From contig NZ_CP051489.1 in NCBI RefSeq assembly GCF_014490785.1, positions 1,859 through 25,858 on the forward strand: a stretch of DNA of 24,000 nt. Direction: 5' to 3'. Below the pieces are notes generated by a model that made no database searches, was not told where the DNA came from, and saw nothing but the letters and a program-made list of their open reading frames with translations. Numbering within the stretch: position 1 is the first letter of the stretch; the number at the start of each line of letters is the position of its first letter. Both the position numbers and the translations under genes were made by a program. Source of the DNA: Kosakonia sp. SMBL-WEM22. GTDB taxonomy: Bacteria > Pseudomonadota > Gammaproteobacteria > Enterobacterales > Enterobacteriaceae. Shown piece after piece: positions 1 through 8,260 of the stretch.

Positions 1-1218
1 CGCCTTTCGCTCGCAGTAATCATCGTCGGTATATCCCATCGTTTCGATCACCACAGTATGATGTTTTCCGCCCGACTTGCTGGCTGTAACTATGAAATCC
101 GGCAGAACAAACCCTTTTTCGCCGTTCAGGGTCACTTCAAGATCAAAAAGCGGTTTTTCCAGACTCAGAGCCGGCGCATCAGGTTTTTTTGCAACCCAGC
201 CCGCAACTTCAGCCAAGCTTTCGATGGTAGTGCGCTCAAGTCCGCTGTCGACTGGTACCGGACATCCACGGCGGAATAAGGCATGTGCATATCCTTCGCT
301 GCAGATAACCCTGCCATCCATCCCCCGGCGAAAGGCCAGAATGACCCAGTAGGGGGGGCGCGCACCGTCCTGGGCTTCGCCATTAATACTTACGCCGCGC
401 TCCGGACGAAACTGCAGCTCTCCGCCCGGCCAACAAAACGAGACTTCATCGCGGGTTACCTGATCGGACATAAAAATCTGAAAGAACATCCGCGTTTTGC
501 CTGCTGGCCAGTGAGTGTCTGGACGCTCCAGTTCCTGCATTAGCTTTTCCTTGCCGTTCTCACTCATCGCTGGCGAAAAACGTACAATCTCCGAGAGTCT
601 GCGAGCGTGGATAAATTCGATATTTTCGGCGACAGCCCGAAGTGCATTAATGGATTCCATCACTCCAGTCACAGGGAGGGGGTGTAACGTGGCCAGACGG
701 TTAAGTCCTGCGTCCTCTATCAGCGAAAGCAGCAGGCGCGCAATACGCGAACGTCGAGTCCGGCGAGTACGCTCACCTGCCGGAGCGACCAGACGCCCCG
801 GAGACTTAATCCTGGTTTCGGAGTCGTCAGGCGGCAAAAAACTTCGGTAACTGATACGCTTGCTGCCTGCTGTTTTACGGGTTCCAGAAGATGTAGCATC
901 AGTATCTCCACTGAACGGACGGAACATCGCGCAGTCAGGCGCATGCTCATGGTTAAATCCGGCCAGAAAAAGAGTACCAGTGTCCTGCATCAGGTTAGCG
1001 CTGTTCATCGCCGGCGAATCGCCCGGCACACAGTCACACTGCAGCCAGGCTTCCCTTTGGCGCATTTCCAGGAGGATCTTTTCTGCCAGTACGTACTGAT
1101 CACGCCCGGTAAAAATCCGCCGTCCGGACACGTTCTTTAGGGCGGTTTCTTCGTCCTTGTCCAGCCAGCGGATGAGACCACCCCGAGGTGATTTCTTACG
1201 GACAAGTTTCATGGCCAT
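1..1218 (-). CDS. Hypothetical protein, 3'-partial (open to the left window edge, at least 404 codons). It has a Cys/His cluster and a C-terminal PD-(D/E)xK-like motif, and is reminiscent of DUF1173-type island proteins.
   Basis: I reverse-complemented 1-1212 block by block and found no stop codon. The ORF is missing from the supplied track because it has no stop inside the window. Possible starts are ATG 1212-1210 or ATG 1218-1216, with AAGGAA upstream. Translation begins MKLVRKKSPRGGLIRWLDKDEE. It contains CDCVPG...HEHAPDC and ends ...GFVLPDFIVTASKSGGKHHTVVIETMGYTDDDY. The family assignment is from memory only. Confidence 0.6.
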   Translation of the reverse strand, partial: MAMKLVRKKSPRGGLIRWLDKDEETALKNVSGRRIFTGRDQYVLAEKILLEMRQREAWLQCDCVPGDSPAMNSANLMQDTGTLFLAGFNHEHAPDCAMFRPFSGDTDATSSGTRKTAGSKRISYRSFLPPDDSETRIKSPGRLVAPAGERTRRTRRSRIARLLLSLIEDAGLNRLATLHPLPVTGVMESINALRAVAENIEFIHARRLSEIVRFSPAMSENGKEKLMQELERPDTHWPAGKTRMFFQIFMSDQVTRDEVSFCWPGGELQFRPERGVSINGEAQDGARPPYWVILAFRRGMDGRVICSEGYAHALFRRGCPVPVDSGLERTTIESLAEVAGWVAKKPDAPALSLEKPLFDLEVTLNGEKGFVLPDFIVTASKSGGKHHTVVIETMGYTDDDYCERKA

Positions 1219-1361
1219 ACAGAACAGTTTCCTTTTCTGTGTGAGTAAGTCGCTGATGGGATTGATGTACTGGAGATTAACACATTGAGCTGCTCAGTAA
1301 GGAGCGAGCCAGTTGTACATGACCATTATAATTAGTTCATAAATATCTAAATGAGATCTGT

Positions 1362-1805
1362 ATGTTAAAAGAATTCTCAGTTTTCACTGACACTGCAACG
1401 CTTTCAGTATTTGACATTGATGCGGTTAAGCACAGAGTTCCTGATTCACCTGACTGGTGGACCATTGAGGAGAATGAGATCCTTGAAGTGAACAAGGGCA
1501 ACATCGCTTTTCTTGGGTTGGGCGCTGATGGTGACTACATCGTTAAGGTGACGGAATCTGTTGAAGGTGAAGCAGGTACACTGAATCTGCACTTCCCGTC
1601 AGGCAACGTTTTTATCGGGGCAGGCGAGGACACGTCCGGAGGCGATCTGGAGCCCGACGGATCTGATGTCATCGAAGGAGAAACCTTGAGCTTTGCGCCT
1701 GGCTACTACAGCATGAAATATTCTCGCGCAGGAAATGTAATAGAACTTTGCTTTGAGCCGACCCGGGAAAGATATAATTCTGTAGAAGAGCCTGTCCGGA
1801 TATAA
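1362..1805 (+). CDS. Hypothetical acidic 147-aa protein with no recognised family
   Basis: Clean ATG ORF in an otherwise minus-strand module, convergent with the recombinase gene. AT-rich upstream region. I saw no catalytic motif. Confidence 0.55.
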   Translation: MLKEFSVFTDTATLSVFDIDAVKHRVPDSPDWWTIEENEILEVNKGNIAFLGLGADGDYIVKVTESVEGEAGTLNLHFPSGNVFIGAGEDTSGGDLEPDGSDVIEGETLSFAPGYYSMKYSRAGNVIELCFEPTRERYNSVEEPVRI

Positions 1806-1806
1806 A

Positions 1807-1847
1807 AGATGGAGCCTTATGTCCATTGACAGGTCATAGCTCCATCT
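1807..1847. terminator. Possible bidirectional hairpin between convergent genes
   Basis: AGATGGAGC (1807-1815) pairs perfectly with GCTCCATCT (1839-1847), a 9-bp stem with a long loop. No clear U-tract follows. Confidence 0.3.
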
Positions 1848-1881
1848 AAATCGCGCTGACGCAGGGAGCCGTTAACGTATA

Positions 1882-2670
1882 TCAGCCCCTGTTAATGCCC
1901 CTGAGTAAGGCGACAGCCTCTTCACCCGGCATTTCAAACCGGACGCGGTGGCGTGCGGCGACATCCAGGGCAAAGACTTTCGTATATACCTCCGTCGAGC
2001 TGACGGACTTGTGCCCCATAAGGGTCTGCAGGATCTTGAGGGGGATGCCGGCATACAGCATGTGCATGGCATAACTGTGCCGGAACGTGTGCGGGGTCAC
2101 CGGCACGGAAAAGGTCACACCGTCTGCCGCTGCGGCCTCAACCGCCTCATTCAGCCAGGTCCTGACTGTCCTGTCGGTGATCTCCCAGATACGTGCCTTT
2201 TCCATTCTGCCGGTGCGCTTATTTCTCCGCTCCAGCGGGATCTTCAGCGTGGCCACCATCATCTCCAGCTGGCTGACGTAGTGGCTGTCGGACAGGGGAA
2301 CAATCCTGTGACTCGTGCTGCCGGCCGGCGCACGGCCTGCCGTCCGGGCTGCCTTTTCCGTGCGCTGTTTCAGTGTGGCCAGCTGAACAAACGGGGAGGG
2401 GGACGTCAGGTTAAAATCAGCGCGCGTCAGGGCCAGCGCTTCGTTTATGCGGGCACCGGAATTCCACAATGTTGACAGCAACATCCTGCGGTGCAGATCC
2501 GGGACGTAATGAAGCAGGGCACTGACTTCCGGGGCCAGAAGGTACTTTGGCAGTTCCTCCTGAACAAGTGCCATCTGGCGCAGAGCCAGGGCTGCCGGAT
2601 AGTCTATTGGTACCGGGAGCTGGATTCTCTCTGTGGCAGGCAGGTGTCCGTAAGGGGATGGAAAACTCAT
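1882..2670 (-). CDS. Tyrosine site-specific recombinase (phage-integrase family), short form of 262 aa
   Basis: Catalytic signature is visible: GARINEALALTRADF (Arg I), HTFRHSYAMHML (H-x-x-R) and GHKSVSSTEVYTKV (His...Tyr nucleophile). Only about 55 aa precede the catalytic domain. Confidence 0.9.
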   Translation of the reverse strand: MSFPSPYGHLPATERIQLPVPIDYPAALALRQMALVQEELPKYLLAPEVSALLHYVPDLHRRMLLSTLWNSGARINEALALTRADFNLTSPSPFVQLATLKQRTEKAARTAGRAPAGSTSHRIVPLSDSHYVSQLEMMVATLKIPLERRNKRTGRMEKARIWEITDRTVRTWLNEAVEAAAADGVTFSVPVTPHTFRHSYAMHMLYAGIPLKILQTLMGHKSVSSTEVYTKVFALDVAARHRVRFEMPGEEAVALLRGINRG

Positions 2671-3143
2671 GATACCTCTGGTGTTTCGCCATTGTCTTCC
2701 GACAGCTTCTGCCGCTTAACCGGCGCAAGATACTGGTTTAATTCATCTAGCATAATCAGTACACGGCGACCCGTCTTACGGGGAAACATCCTCCGCATTT
2801 CAGGCGTGAGCTGCTTACGTTCCCATCCGTAAGGGAAAATAATGCTGTATCCTGGTTCTCGGTGCGCATCCCTGTGGTCTGGGCCTGCGACAATACGTGC
2901 AACTTCCTGATTCAGGCGTTCTCCGCGCCAGCCCCACGCCGCGAGTCGCTTGCGGATCCGGCCCACCGGAAAACGGTTATCGGAGTTGCGGGGGAACATG
3001 ATTTTCCCGTCCTCATCCCGTCTGACCACAAACATATCCAGCGACTGCTGAATCAGCACATTCCGCACCGGAAAATGGCTGCGCATTTCTTTCATCATGC
3101 TGTGCATTACTCTACTCTGTATTGTTACGACCAGCAGCTGCAC
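2667..3143 (-). CDS. Hypothetical 158-aa basic protein, translationally coupled to the recombinase
   Basis: Its stop overlaps the recombinase start by 4 nt (ATGA at 2667-2670). Arg/Lys-rich. No family recognised. Confidence 0.6.
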   Translation of the reverse strand: MQLLVVTIQSRVMHSMMKEMRSHFPVRNVLIQQSLDMFVVRRDEDGKIMFPRNSDNRFPVGRIRKRLAAWGWRGERLNQEVARIVAGPDHRDAHREPGYSIIFPYGWERKQLTPEMRRMFPRKTGRRVLIMLDELNQYLAPVKRQKLSEDNGETPEVS

Positions 3144-3196
3144 TGGTGCCTTAAATTCTGCCTTCTGTTATTTTCGTTCCAGACAAATCCCGCCGG

Positions 3197-3526
3197 TCAC
3201 GAGATCGCCGCCCATTCCCATAATGTCATGAAAACCTGCCGGGCCTTCTCCTGGGAGGGCAGTTCAATCATATCCCCCTGCCGCAAATCGAGCTCTTCAT
3301 CAACCGTTTCGTTGTCTCGCATATGCAACCGCCATCCCGTCTCCGGAGGCGCGTTCTGTATGGCCAGCACGCGTCCTTCCGGAGACAGCAGTTCGCGGAG
3401 GATGTAGCAGGTGCCAGTCCGGGTCAAATTCCGCAGGCACATCACGGGGTACTCCTGAACCAGCTGGTCATACACACATTCTGCAGTATGGAAGTAATTC
3501 CGGTCCGCCTTACAAAAAACACACAT
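3197..3526 (-). CDS. Hypothetical 109-aa protein
   Basis: Co-oriented ORF in the same minus-strand gene string. No motif recognised. Confidence 0.45.
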   Translation of the reverse strand: MCVFCKADRNYFHTAECVYDQLVQEYPVMCLRNLTRTGTCYILRELLSPEGRVLAIQNAPPETGWRLHMRDNETVDEELDLRQGDMIELPSQEKARQVFMTLWEWAAIS

Positions 3527-3582
3527 ACGCCTTCCTTATTGAAAAATCCCGCCTACCATTTTTCCTGCCTGCCCGAATTCAT

Positions 3583-3879
3583 TCAGACATAACCTGTCAG
3601 AAAGAAGCACCCTTTTGCTTGAGCGCTGTCATTCAGATCAACCCATCTCATGAGGACTTCAGCATTATTGCCTGACCTAACCCCTTGCCAGTCGACCATT
3701 GACCAGCCGTAACTTTCCGGAGTATGTATCTTTCTGGCAACGATATCTCCGCTTTCATCAAGTACGAGATATTCCCCAACAAAGACTTTTTCATCGTCGG
3801 TAGGACGTTTATTTGAAACGAGGGATATTGTTTTTTGACCATCAGCAATGAGGGTATCAATCATTTCCACATAATCCAT
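3583..3879 (-). CDS. Hypothetical 98-aa protein
   Basis: Co-oriented ORF and first gene of the minus-strand string. No motif recognised. Confidence 0.5.
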   Translation of the reverse strand: MDYVEMIDTLIADGQKTISLVSNKRPTDDEKVFVGEYLVLDESGDIVARKIHTPESYGWSMVDWQGVRSGNNAEVLMRWVDLNDSAQAKGCFFLTGYV

Positions 3880-4335
3880 TCGTTACCCCTTCTTATAGAA
3901 TAGCCACTCAGGGTAATGATAACGCGCAGCACAATCAGCGGAGCACAATCCTGCGACTGTCACTCGAATGATTTTCACCTTACGCAATCATTACCTAACT
4001 GATAATAAGCATAAATATAAACACACAGGTAAATTACCGGATGACCGTTCCGGTGTGATCCGGTTTTCTGCGTATTCACGAATATCCGGAAGTGTACCAC
4101 GGTCAGGGAACAAGCAAAGCGCCCTTTTATGGTGGTGGGCACCGGGGTCACGATCATGGCCTAAAACACAACATATGGAAGAAATAGCAGCTGATGATAT
4201 GGCACATGTTGTGTTTCCGGGCCGGCGGGCAGCGGGTGACGATCTGCAGATCCGGAACTCACAGAAACCGGATCTTTGATAAAAATGAAGGAAGTAATGA
4301 TAGGCTCGGCCATGAAGCCATAAACAGCTGGACAA

Positions 4336-4434
4336 CATACGAACCGTATCCATTTTTAATAACGGTAATAACCGCGCCATCCGTTTCCCCGCGATCTGGA
4401 TTTTGAGGGAGTGAGAAAACTGGAGATCGTCCGG
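4336..4434 (+). pseudogene. vapB: vapB (AbrB/SpoVT-type antitoxin) 5' remnant with lost start codon, a frameshift and a truncation
   Basis: By-hand alignment to the intact vapB at 12361-12457 gives about 9 substitutions and one 1-nt deletion over about 94 nt. ATG has become ATA (catacgaacc versus catgagaacc). Homology stops abruptly after gtccgg at 4434. Confidence 0.8.
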
Positions 4435-4566
4435 CTTGTCCTGGTATTTACTCAGTATATGTACTCGTTCAATCCCTTTACATAGGACATGAATTAATGC
4501 CACCTTTGTATTTCAGCCACTTTTGGTGATTATATGGCAAAATTACAATAATCAGGAAGATATACT

Positions 4567-4583
4567 TCACGTTTTTAACGTGA
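4567..4583. promoter_or_regulatory. Perfect 17-bp palindrome TCACGTT-TTT-AACGTGA, a candidate operator
   Basis: The 7-bp arms are exact reverse complements. It lies in the AT-rich region about 320 bp upstream of the sugar operon start. Confidence 0.3.
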
Positions 4584-4771
4584 CTCACCATAATTAGAGT
4601 TATCACGGAGATATATATTCGTGACGACCTAACTATATAAACATCCACGCAAATATAATGTGGTTAAAACCCGAACCAAGGACAATAGAACTAAGTTTTA
4701 TATAAATATAATACACCTAGAGTGCAACACATCTAAATAATAAAAAGAAGATAAAACAATCAAACTTTCTT

Positions 4772-4787
4772 TGTGACGTGGTTAACA
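4772..4787. promoter_or_regulatory. CRP-like binding site TGTGA-N6-TAACA
   Basis: tttGTGAcgtggtTAACAaa matches the CRP consensus TGTGA-N6-TCACA with one mismatch, and the flanks are symmetric. A -10-like TATTAT at 4808-4813 would give class II spacing. The site sits upstream of ATG 4904. Confidence 0.45.
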
Positions 4788-4903
4788 AATTATAAATTGA
4801 TATATTTTATTATTTGATATTGTTCAGCCTGGTAGTGGTAACCTCATGAGTAGATTGATATTAATTCAATGGATGGTTGCAGGGTAAAAAGAGAGGAATT
4901 GAA

Positions 4904-6217
4904 ATGAAGAATGAAATGCATCAAGAAACCATAATATCTGAAATTGGTTTCTGTTGTTCTGATTTTACAGTTGAATATGCACTGTTGGTCAAGGATAAAT
5001 GCTATGTTGCCTATTATGATGAAAATCATACTATAACGGTAGCAAGTCGTAATCCTGACGAGAAAACATGGAAGCTAAGCCATCCGGAAGGTGAATGGTT
5101 ACCAGAAAAAAAACGATTTATGCATCAAACTGAATATGATAGCCACAATTACCTCACACTGGCAATGGACAGTAAAGGACATATTCATCTCTCCGGAAAT
5201 ATGCATAAAGACAAACTGGTCTGGTTCCGCTCAACAAAACCTTATGATATTCATTCTCTTGTTCAGAGGAAAATGACTGGAATAAGGGAGGGGAGTTCCA
5301 CCTATCCGTTATTTTTCTATGGCAGAAATGGAGAGCTTTTTTTTCGTTATCGCGATGGAGAAAGCGGAAACGGTGATGATATCTACAACTGCTGGAACGA
5401 AGATGAAAATAAATGGTTCAGATTACAGGGCAATCCATTATTAAGTGGTGAAGAACTCAGAAATGCATATGCCCGTTTACCCGTCTTTGGTCCGGATAAT
5501 CAATGGCATATGATCTGGATGTGGAGGGATACACCACACTGCGAAACCTGCCATGATCTTTCCTATGCACGCAGTCCGGATCTGCTCAAATGGTATTCGC
5601 ACGATGGCTATCGTTTACCCGTGCCGATCACCTTGCAGAAGAGCGATATTGTTGATGGCAGTTCTGTAAAACACGGGCTGATTAATATGAGCCAGAATAT
5701 TGGTTTCAGTGCCAAAGGTAAGCCGTTAATTACCTGGCATCGTTATGATGAAAAAGGCTTTTCTCAGGCCTGGATTGCCAGACCGGAAGGGAATAAATGG
5801 CTGATAAAACAAATCAGTGACTGGGAATTCCGCTGGGAGTTTAGTGGGATGGGTTCCATTCCTCCGGATGTCATTATCTCTGCACCCTATTTAAAAGATA
5901 ATTATCTCAGTGTTGATTTCAGATTATCCACTGGCGAGAGTGGAAACTGGTTGCTGGATCAAGAAACATTGGATGTCATAAAGACTTTTTCAGGCCCTGT
6001 CTCACCTCTTCCTGAACATTTTTATAAACCTTGCGAAGGCCTTGATGCGGAGGCAAAAGTGCAGATCATACCTGAGCTGTATCAATCATCTCCATCTTAT
6101 TTTTTGCGCTGGGAAGCGTTACCTATTCGAAGGGATATCTCTTCAGGGAAAAATATACGGCCAAGTATGTTAACACTGATAACTACCAAATGTTTCACGG
6201 AAGAGAAAGGAGATTAA
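4904..6217 (+). CDS. Cytoplasmic BNR-4 / beta-propeller-like carbohydrate-active enzyme (putative glycoside hydrolase or lyase); function unassigned
   Basis: The track ORF starts at TTG 4877. ATG 4904 is preferred because GAGAGGA lies 6 nt upstream. No signal peptide. Segments such as HNYLTLAMDSKGHIHLSGNMH and WMWRDTPHCETCHDLSYARSPD resemble proteins I remember annotated as BNR-4 repeat proteins. Operon context is a sugar transporter plus a porin. Confidence 0.6.
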   Translation: MKNEMHQETIISEIGFCCSDFTVEYALLVKDKCYVAYYDENHTITVASRNPDEKTWKLSHPEGEWLPEKKRFMHQTEYDSHNYLTLAMDSKGHIHLSGNMHKDKLVWFRSTKPYDIHSLVQRKMTGIREGSSTYPLFFYGRNGELFFRYRDGESGNGDDIYNCWNEDENKWFRLQGNPLLSGEELRNAYARLPVFGPDNQWHMIWMWRDTPHCETCHDLSYARSPDLLKWYSHDGYRLPVPITLQKSDIVDGSSVKHGLINMSQNIGFSAKGKPLITWHRYDEKGFSQAWIARPEGNKWLIKQISDWEFRWEFSGMGSIPPDVIISAPYLKDNYLSVDFRLSTGESGNWLLDQETLDVIKTFSGPVSPLPEHFYKPCEGLDAEAKVQIIPELYQSSPSYFLRWEALPIRRDISSGKNIRPSMLTLITTKCFTEEKGD

Positions 6218-6218
6218 A

Positions 6219-7487
6219 ATGATTTCGTCAGCGTCAAAAAACGCTTACATGCGGATAAGCTTATGTTTGTTTCTTTTTTATTTTTCATGGTCAACAACGT
6301 GGTCATTTCTGGCTATCTGGCTTGGAGATAATGTCGGCTTTACCAGTACACAGATAGGCTACACGCTGTCTGTAAATGCGCTATTTGCGCTCGCAATAAA
6401 GCCGGCGTTTGGCTTCATCATGGATAAACTTGGATTAAAAAAATCTTTATTAACCTGCGTGGCTATTGCTTCGGTATTCGCAGCTCCATTTTTTATCTAT
6501 GTATATCAGTATCTGCTGATGACCAGCATGGTTTTGGGCATGCTCCTCGGAGGGTTGTATCTGGGTACAGCTTATCTTGCTGGTGTACTGGTTTTTGAAA
6601 CATACGCAGACCGATACAGCCGGGCATTCGGGTTTGAATTCGGACGGGTCAGAATGTGGGGATCTCTTGGCTGGGCAATAGCTTCTATTTTTGCCGGGCA
6701 GTTATTTAATATAAATCCTCACTTTAACTTTATCATCACTTCCTGTGGTGCAGTTGCTGTTTTACTCATTCTTTTTACCCTTAAAACACAGGGCGACGGC
6801 ATTGACTGGCAGGCAGTGAATGCATCAAGAAAAGATCCCGTAAACCGCAAAGATGTCCGGATGCTGTTCCGGCATGCCAGTTTCTGGGTTCTGATGCTGT
6901 TTTATGGGGGGATTATCTGGATGATGCAAAGCGCAGAACAACAATTTCCACGTTATTTTGTGACGTTCTTTGCCGACCATCAGACAGGTAATGCCGTCTT
7001 GGGGTATATGGGATTTGTGCAGTCAGCATGTGAATTTTTGCTGATGTTCTCGATCCCTTTTCTGGTAAACCGGATAGGAGCCCGCAACGGTCTTCTTCTT
7101 GCTGGATTCGTTATTGGGCTCCGTCTTGTGCTGTCTGCCCTCGCAACTCATCCCTGGATGATTATTGTCATTAAACCGCTTTATGGTCTGGAAATGGCAC
7201 TGTTACTGGTTTCAATTTTTAAATTTCTCGCCGAGCATTTCGATAAGCGTCTGACCGGAACCATTTATATGGTACTCGGATGCTTTAATTACCTCGGAAT
7301 TACAGCAATAAATCCACTGGCTGGATATTTTTACGACAAGCATGGCTTCGCCTCCACATATATGGCTATGGGCTGCGCGGCGTGGTTAGTTACGCTTGCA
7401 GGGGTGAAGTTTTTAGGAAAACAAAAATCTTTATCGACGGAGAAATCAATGCACAATGCGACACAAGACGTTAACGCAATGAAATAA
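6219..7487 (+). CDS. LacY-family (oligosaccharide:H+ symporter) MFS transporter
   Basis: The N-terminus (FLFYFSWSTTWSFLAIWL...KPAFGFIMDKLGLKKSLL) parallels LacY (FFFYFFIMGAYFPFFPIWL...QPLFGLLSDKLGLRKYLL). About 12 hydrophobic segments. AAAGGAG RBS, and the start lies 1 nt after the upstream stop. Confidence 0.88.
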   Translation: MISSASKNAYMRISLCLFLFYFSWSTTWSFLAIWLGDNVGFTSTQIGYTLSVNALFALAIKPAFGFIMDKLGLKKSLLTCVAIASVFAAPFFIYVYQYLLMTSMVLGMLLGGLYLGTAYLAGVLVFETYADRYSRAFGFEFGRVRMWGSLGWAIASIFAGQLFNINPHFNFIITSCGAVAVLLILFTLKTQGDGIDWQAVNASRKDPVNRKDVRMLFRHASFWVLMLFYGGIIWMMQSAEQQFPRYFVTFFADHQTGNAVLGYMGFVQSACEFLLMFSIPFLVNRIGARNGLLLAGFVIGLRLVLSALATHPWMIIVIKPLYGLEMALLLVSIFKFLAEHFDKRLTGTIYMVLGCFNYLGITAINPLAGYFYDKHGFASTYMAMGCAAWLVTLAGVKFLGKQKSLSTEKSMHNATQDVNAMK

Positions 7488-7564
7488 AAAATTATTTTTT
7501 AATATTAATGCCTTTCAACAGGACTGGCGTCACAACAAATTACGCTCAAATTTCAGGAGTAAAA

Positions 7565-8260
7565 ATGAAAGCAAACCTGCCTCTCCTTTTTATTATCAGT
7601 GCTATTCATCCCATTTCAGCCTTCGCGGCTGGTGCGTGGATTGAAGGTCGTGAAGCTTTTAACACCGCCTCAGAGCAGCATGAATTTGTTCTGCGGGGAG
7701 GATATAACTTTGATGGTGGTGCAGGCATTATGCTTACTAATGCCTACAATACCGGTAAACTGGATCAGTTTAAGCACAGCTATAATGAACTCGAAGGATG
7801 GTATCCGCTTTTTAAGCCTACCACGGAGCTCACTATTTCACCCGCGCTTATTCTCACAGACAACGCTGATGGTTCAACTGTATCGCCATATGTTGATTTT
7901 AACTATAAATTTATTCCTGATTTTAATGTCACGTTAAGATACCGATACAATAATAAAAACTACGACAGCGTGGATCTTAATGGTAATAAAAATAAAGACA
8001 GCACACATCAGTTTGTTATGTACTGGAACCTCAAAATTAATGAAGAATGGGCCTATACTTTTGAACCGGATTATTTTATTCATGTTAAAGATTTCCATAG
8101 TAAAAACGGGAAAGATCATAACTGGGAGCTTAATAACAAGCTGACTTATACCCTGACACCACGGTGGAAGCCCTACTTAGAGGCATCATGGCTTGATCGA
8201 TGGAATCAGTACGAACGTGAACAATATCGTTTCAGGGTTGGGATAAGATATTATTTTTAG
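7565..8260 (+). CDS. KdgM/NanC-family oligosaccharide-specific outer-membrane porin
   Basis: Start at MKANL with AGGAG upstream. Signal peptide ends ...ISAFA/AGAW. About 210 aa mature length. Alternating beta-strand pattern with a terminal aromatic (RVGIRYYF), typical of small KdgM-family barrels. Confidence 0.8.
   Translation: MKANLPLLFIISAIHPISAFAAGAWIEGREAFNTASEQHEFVLRGGYNFDGGAGIMLTNAYNTGKLDQFKHSYNELEGWYPLFKPTTELTISPALILTDNADGSTVSPYVDFNYKFIPDFNVTLRYRYNNKNYDSVDLNGNKNKDSTHQFVMYWNLKINEEWAYTFEPDYFIHVKDFHSKNGKDHNWELNNKLTYTLTPRWKPYLEASWLDRWNQYEREQYRFRVGIRYYF

Noticed and set aside
58-1140. Several 60-110-aa plus-strand ORFs at the left end
   Set aside because: All lie antisense or out of frame to a continuous minus-strand reading frame of at least 404 codons, which I verified codon by codon.
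3968-4503. 170-aa minus-strand ORF (3991-4503) and 103-aa plus-strand ORF (3968-4279) in the region of the vapB remnant
   Set aside because: The translations are low-complexity and Cys/Arg/Leu-rich with no RBS, and one runs antisense across the decayed vapB fragment. The region is better explained as non-coding, decayed DNA.
7599-8119. Alternate-frame and antisense ORFs inside the porin gene (7599-7937 on the plus strand, 7934-8119 on the minus strand)
   Set aside because: The translations are low-complexity. The porin frame has a signal peptide, a beta-barrel pattern and a C-terminal aromatic residue.
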